From positions 1-64,000 of the forward strand of contig NW_021836289.1 of assembly GCF_006345805.1 (NCBI RefSeq): a stretch of 64,000 nt of DNA, read 5' to 3'. Positions 63,870 through 64,000 of this stretch are shown here, piece by piece. The number at the start of each line of letters is the position of its first letter. The first letter of the stretch is position 1. The notes beneath the pieces were generated by a model. The model had not been told where the DNA came from. It did no database searches and saw only the letters and a list, made by a program, of their open reading frames with translations. Made by a program: the position numbers and the translations under genes. Source of the stretch: Octopus sinensis (Eukaryota).

Positions 63870-64000
63870 GCTGGAGAATCAGTGACAGGATATCAGTCTT
63901 ACAGCTAATGCTGGGAAAACGCTTTCAACAATCATTAACGCATATGCATCAACAATAAGTATAGTAATGAAATGTATGACGAAGTTGAAAATTTATAATC
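63870..64000 (+). mobile_element. RTE-like endonuclease fragment running off the window end
   Basis: SDRISVLQL..TIINAYA.T..DEVEN with a frameshift. Confidence 0.5.

Overview
This is AT-rich, gene-dense animal (metazoan) nuclear DNA, not prokaryotic. I found no CRISPR array, rRNA or tRNA. Host genes recognisable after splicing by hand are a FERM-domain protein, SPT6, NUP62, ILKAP, an innexin, a probable PIG-S, WDR45B/WIPI3, PYROXD1, DHFR, an ETS factor, DCTN5, VPS8, an SLC25A33/36-like carrier and MCM7. Almost all are broken by ultra-short (about 21-31 nt) GT-AG introns. Together with a spiralian-type innexin, this points by inference to a highly reduced parasite such as a dicyemid; a myxozoan is the alternative. 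The spaces between genes hold non-LTR retrotransposons (CRE-like with an N-terminal PHD finger, Ingi/Vingi-like including one with a 2A peptide, R4-like, and RTE fragments), hAT transposons and MITEs, and a Helentron/DINE-like element carrying a ~94-bp satellite. A ~3.44-kb tandem duplication copies the start of WDR45B. Many 1-bp frameshifts fall even in essential genes, which suggests uncorrected long-read indel errors. Gene ends are therefore approximate, and the intactness of mobile elements cannot be judged from this sequence alone. All protein identifications come from remembered family motifs, not database searches.
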